Shown one piece after another: positions 60,089 through 64,000 of a stretch of 64,000 bases of DNA. The position numbers were made by a program, and so were the translations under genes. The notes under the pieces were generated by a model that was given only the letters and a program-made list of their open reading frames with translations, had not been told where the DNA came from and made no database searches. Position 1 is the first letter of the stretch. Each line of letters opens with the position of its first letter. This stretch comes from Tubiluchus corallicola (Eukaryota > Animalia > Priapulida). The stretch spans positions 248,001-312,000 of the forward strand of contig JAQGDQ010000032.1 in the NCBI GenBank assembly GCA_030141605.1, given 5' to 3'.

Positions 60089-62534
60089 CTGCAAATGGGC
60101 AATAAACAGGAAATATATTCAGATTCTAGTTATTGTTGTGGTTATTTGTCATTGTCGTTGTCATTTTGTAATTGTAATTATCGCTGTTGCTGTTGTTGTT
60201 GTTGTCGCTCTCCTTTCTTGTGTCCTTGTTGGTGTCAGTATTGGCACTGTTATAATGTTGTTGATGATAGTGGTGATGTTAATACTGGTATACCAGAATC
60301 AGGTTAATGCCATTGTCCTGTCGTTGTCAATATCGTTGTCACTGTCGTTGTCGTTCTTGATATTTTTATTTCGATTTGTTGATAAATTTCGAACAATGTT
60401 ATTAGAATGAGTTCCGACATTATGCAACTCTTTTTCTGGTGTTGCTTGGTTGCATTTAAAATTCTACGCAGCATCAGCAATGGCAAGTATTAGCACAAAA
60501 TTATAATAATTGAAAATAAAATAAATAAAGAAGTTTATTATGGAGCATAGAAATTGGGATCGGTACCAAGAGAACTTTAATTAGATCAGTGAGTTATCTG
60601 CAAATCAAACAGAAGAAATGATAAGAACGATAAGAACGCAATTGCTATAATCTTTTTAAAATGGTTCTTGCAACTTTTCCTGCACCTAAACAGCAACTAA
60701 TTTTCACGAACAATCAATCATCGATCGATAAACGCGCCCTACGGGAAGTTCAGGGGCTCAAATGACGTCACCTGGACATTTTGGGATTAAAAATGCAGTG
60801 TAATTTTGATTAATGGAGTGACTGTAATGAACGAGGATGGTGCGTGCAGGATTACTACAACATGCCTCACTGCAAACTATTTGCAATCAAGTCTACAGGT
60901 TATTACACACAGCTAACTCTATTCACTGATGGTTTGCGATGTTAATTAGGATAAGAACATCTGCCCACTGGCCCATGTTATATTCACATCTTACCGTGAA
61001 GTACATCCACTGGGACAAATGAACAACGGATTCTATCGATTAGCTTTAATATTCAAAAGGCAACAAGAAAGCACGACGCTGAGGCTGCTGAGGTGCATTT
61101 ATGAAATTAATTTTGATTTTCATGTTTTATGATATTAAACTAGCAAGAGAAGCCAGTAATTACATGTAATTCTTTCTCGAAAATGGTTTGGATACAGACG
61201 GCAAAAGAACGTTTTGTGATCACAAAATTTCAAATATCGATTCCGCCAATGTGCATCAATTTTAATTTACAGCTGATGCCTCTAGCGTTATCGCTGACTG
61301 CCTACAGTAAAAGAGTGAAAAATAGATGTGCCTCGCAAAGATTTCTGCTTTTAGTGTTGTACAAACATCACGTCTCCAGATTGCCTGGGCAATAAATGAG
61401 CTTGGCTAGGGCAAAACTGGCTTCACTTTTCACATGCTGCTACAAGTTTTAAAACAATCGAGGTGCAATTTTAAGGCACAAATAACACAGAAGCCATTTT
61501 AACAGGCAATAGCAGCTAACACCATAGCTCTGCATTACGTTCTGCAGGTCTCTACATAATGGGCATATACGGGTGTTTGTTAATAAAATGTTGCGTTATA
61601 AGATATAAAGAACATGCATAAACTGTAATCGAATGCAATGCTACGTTGAGGAAATAGCAGCTAACGCCACAGCTTTCCAAAAACATTCTGTGGGTTTTTA
61701 CATAATAGGTCTACATACTAATGTGTCATAAAGTGCAGGTGTAAACTATAATCAACTCAGACTGATAATTGAAAACAACCGACAGTGTTGAGCAAGCTTT
61801 TACGATGAAGTAATCACATTCCTGCGATGAAACCTGTTACCTAAAAGATGTAAATAGCTGCAACATGGCAGCATTCGGAGCCTCAGGGATTAAATTCCAC
61901 TGACTTGACTCGCAAATATGGAGGCTGAGTGTAGGTATAAATAGATTGCAAGCTGGCAAACTTGCTGCAGCTTTGCGAAACAATTCTCTTTTTAAGAGGC
62001 CCTGTTCCAAGAAATATTATGAATTCGCGCGTACGTGCTTTATTCTTTTTTTAATTATGCTCAATTTACGTCAAATAAAATGGTTCAGTTTGCCGGGATT
62101 CTTTTATATTAGCTGTAAAAAGCAGGTCTGTTTTATGGTATTCGAGTCTTACGTTGTGCTGAAAGTTAAGTAATTCTCATCCCGAATAGTGCCTAGATTG
62201 GCGAATGTTAAGGAACTTTCATTTTTGGTTTGTGGCAAATTGCAGAATTTTTTGCAGCGTGGTGGTTATTGGTAGTTGCAAATGGTATGTACAAATGTAC
62301 ATTCACATAGAATCACTTGTTTACTTTTTTCAATATCTCCTGCGTTGGAAAACCAGTGTGCATAAAACTTGTACATCATATTACAGTTTTGTGAAATATT
62401 TCGATCTGGCAAACTGAATTTTTGTTAAAATGCGCAATGCACATTGGTCTTTTGAAGTGGGACTGTGGTGAAGTCTAATTGGTGACATTTGACGAAATGC
62501 GTGAAAATGTGACTTGTGTGAAAATTAATCGGCA

Positions 62535-62900
62535 TAACTAAAGCACAAGAAAGCATTATTCATAAATAAAGCTTAAAAATTACTCTGGAAATTTTGTATC
62601 ATTTACATTTTGTCTTATTGCGCACAGAGCTTGTATTAGCAGTATCGCAGTATGAAACTTGGAAATCTAAACCCCACGATGACCGTTAGACGAAGCCATT
62701 TTGGCGGTAACTCGTTGGAAAGACGTTTAAATAATATTACGTAATGTTTGAAAAAAACGGTGCATTCGCAGGACACTCTTCACTAACTAAGCAAAATCAT
62801 AAATTAGTTTATACTAATACAATATTACTATAGCACAATACTACTAAGTAATATAACATTCTATGGAAAATTTTTGGGAATATACTTTAATTAACATCAT
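62535..62900 (+). repeat. Interspersed repeat family B, copy 3
   Basis: tgtcttattgcgca.aga.cttgtattagcag and gccattt.ggcgg.aa are shared with 55930-56390. Confidence 0.75.
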
Positions 62901-64000
62901 GTTTAAACACAAAGCATTTTAGCTAATTTTCAAAAAAAGAAAGAAAAAGAAATATCAATAAAATGTACACTACTTGTGGAAAATTACGTTTGTATTTCAC
63001 GCTTGATTACGTTTTGTCACAGAATTTTGACAACCTGTATAGGAAATCACTTTTTTCGAAATTAATGAAACTAAACGGTCGAGACTAAGCAACGTAGTTA
63101 ACATTGCAGTTATAAATTTATGTGTCATTTTATTATCGCCGCGCTTATACAATAATGTATATCCTACCACGTTCCTGGGAAACGATCAACTTGTTGTAAA
63201 CTGTTTTTTCTGTATTTTTTAATTAAATAAGATCCACACGTGAAGGAAGACCAAAATTTCGCATTTCAACGCATCCAACAAAGCTAACAAAATTCTACAA
63301 ATTACAAATACAGTAAAAAACATTAACTATCACATCCGTAATCACATGCTTTATATTTTCGCGAATTCTGTAATTTTCCATGATATTTCAATTTTCATTT
63401 ATGGCTGCTTCTGCTGCTGCTGCCGTTGCTTCTAGTGTTGCTATTAGTATTATTACCAGTACTGTTGCTGTTGTTGTAATACTTCTAATAATAATAAGTT
63501 CCTTAGGAAGCAAAACAGTAGCAGCAACAGCAACAGCAATAGCTGTGTCGTTATTATATGCCCAGTTAGGGCAATGGCAAAAGTGAAAAGTATATTTGAC
63601 TTATTAACCTCACAAAGGCATTTGAACTGTGAAGCTAGGCATACTTTAAATGTGCATGTGTACCACGTACCATTGCATGTAATTGCACGCAGTTTTTTTT
63701 AAATGCACGCCTAAAACATTCGTATGCGTAATACACGAAAATATTCAAAAAGGATTGTCCAAACTAAAAGCTGAAATTTTTAAATTCTGTAGAAATCGAC
63801 AAGAATGTAGGAGAAGATTCATTGTTAGAAAGAATGCGAAAAAAGAAACGAAAACAATAGTTGGCTGTAATTAAGAATGGCAAGACAAAGTCATCAGGGG
63901 TTTCATCTCAATCATTTAGAAGTAACTGTATAATATAAGTATTGCCTAAAGTGCAAATTGAAACTGCTTGCCTTCTCAGCTTTTCACATAACGTGTTTGT

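Noticed and set aside
60994-61102. Candidate first exon of the thioredoxin gene (MHLSSLSVVLSCCLL..., GTAAGA donor)
   Set aside because: The ATG frame stops before the donor and the phase-compatible frame lacks family similarity; the real 5' exon is unresolved and may lie outside the window.

Overview
AT-rich, intron-rich eukaryotic DNA, most likely an invertebrate metazoan; no prokaryotic operons, CRISPR arrays, rRNA or intact tRNA genes were found. I reconstructed five spliced genes by hand from splice sites and reading-frame phase: (1) a hinderin/KIAA1328-like coiled-coil gene (- strand, 3' end uncertain); (2) a divergently transcribed Golgi carbohydrate sulfotransferase (CHST1/3-like, + strand, ~744 aa, long stem, first coding exon apparently only ATG); (3) a convergent, intronless-ORF GT31 beta-1,3-galactosyltransferase-like gene (- strand); (4) an 18-exon M1 aminopeptidase N-like gene (+ strand, 983 aa, GGMEN/HEVAH-x18-E); (5) a convergent thioredoxin-domain membrane protein of the Drosophila CG11790-like type (- strand, 5' end not found). 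Introns and spacers hold LINE remnants, a hAT MITE with an 8-bp TSD, TTAA-type MITE families, a foldback-like element and many microsatellites, especially pentamers. The most notable observation is a minor-spliceosome (U12-type) intron in the KIAA1328-like gene whose best-placed frame-preserving acceptor gives rare AT-AA termini. Family assignments come from motif recall, not database searches. I did not find a convincing wholly new multi-gene system.
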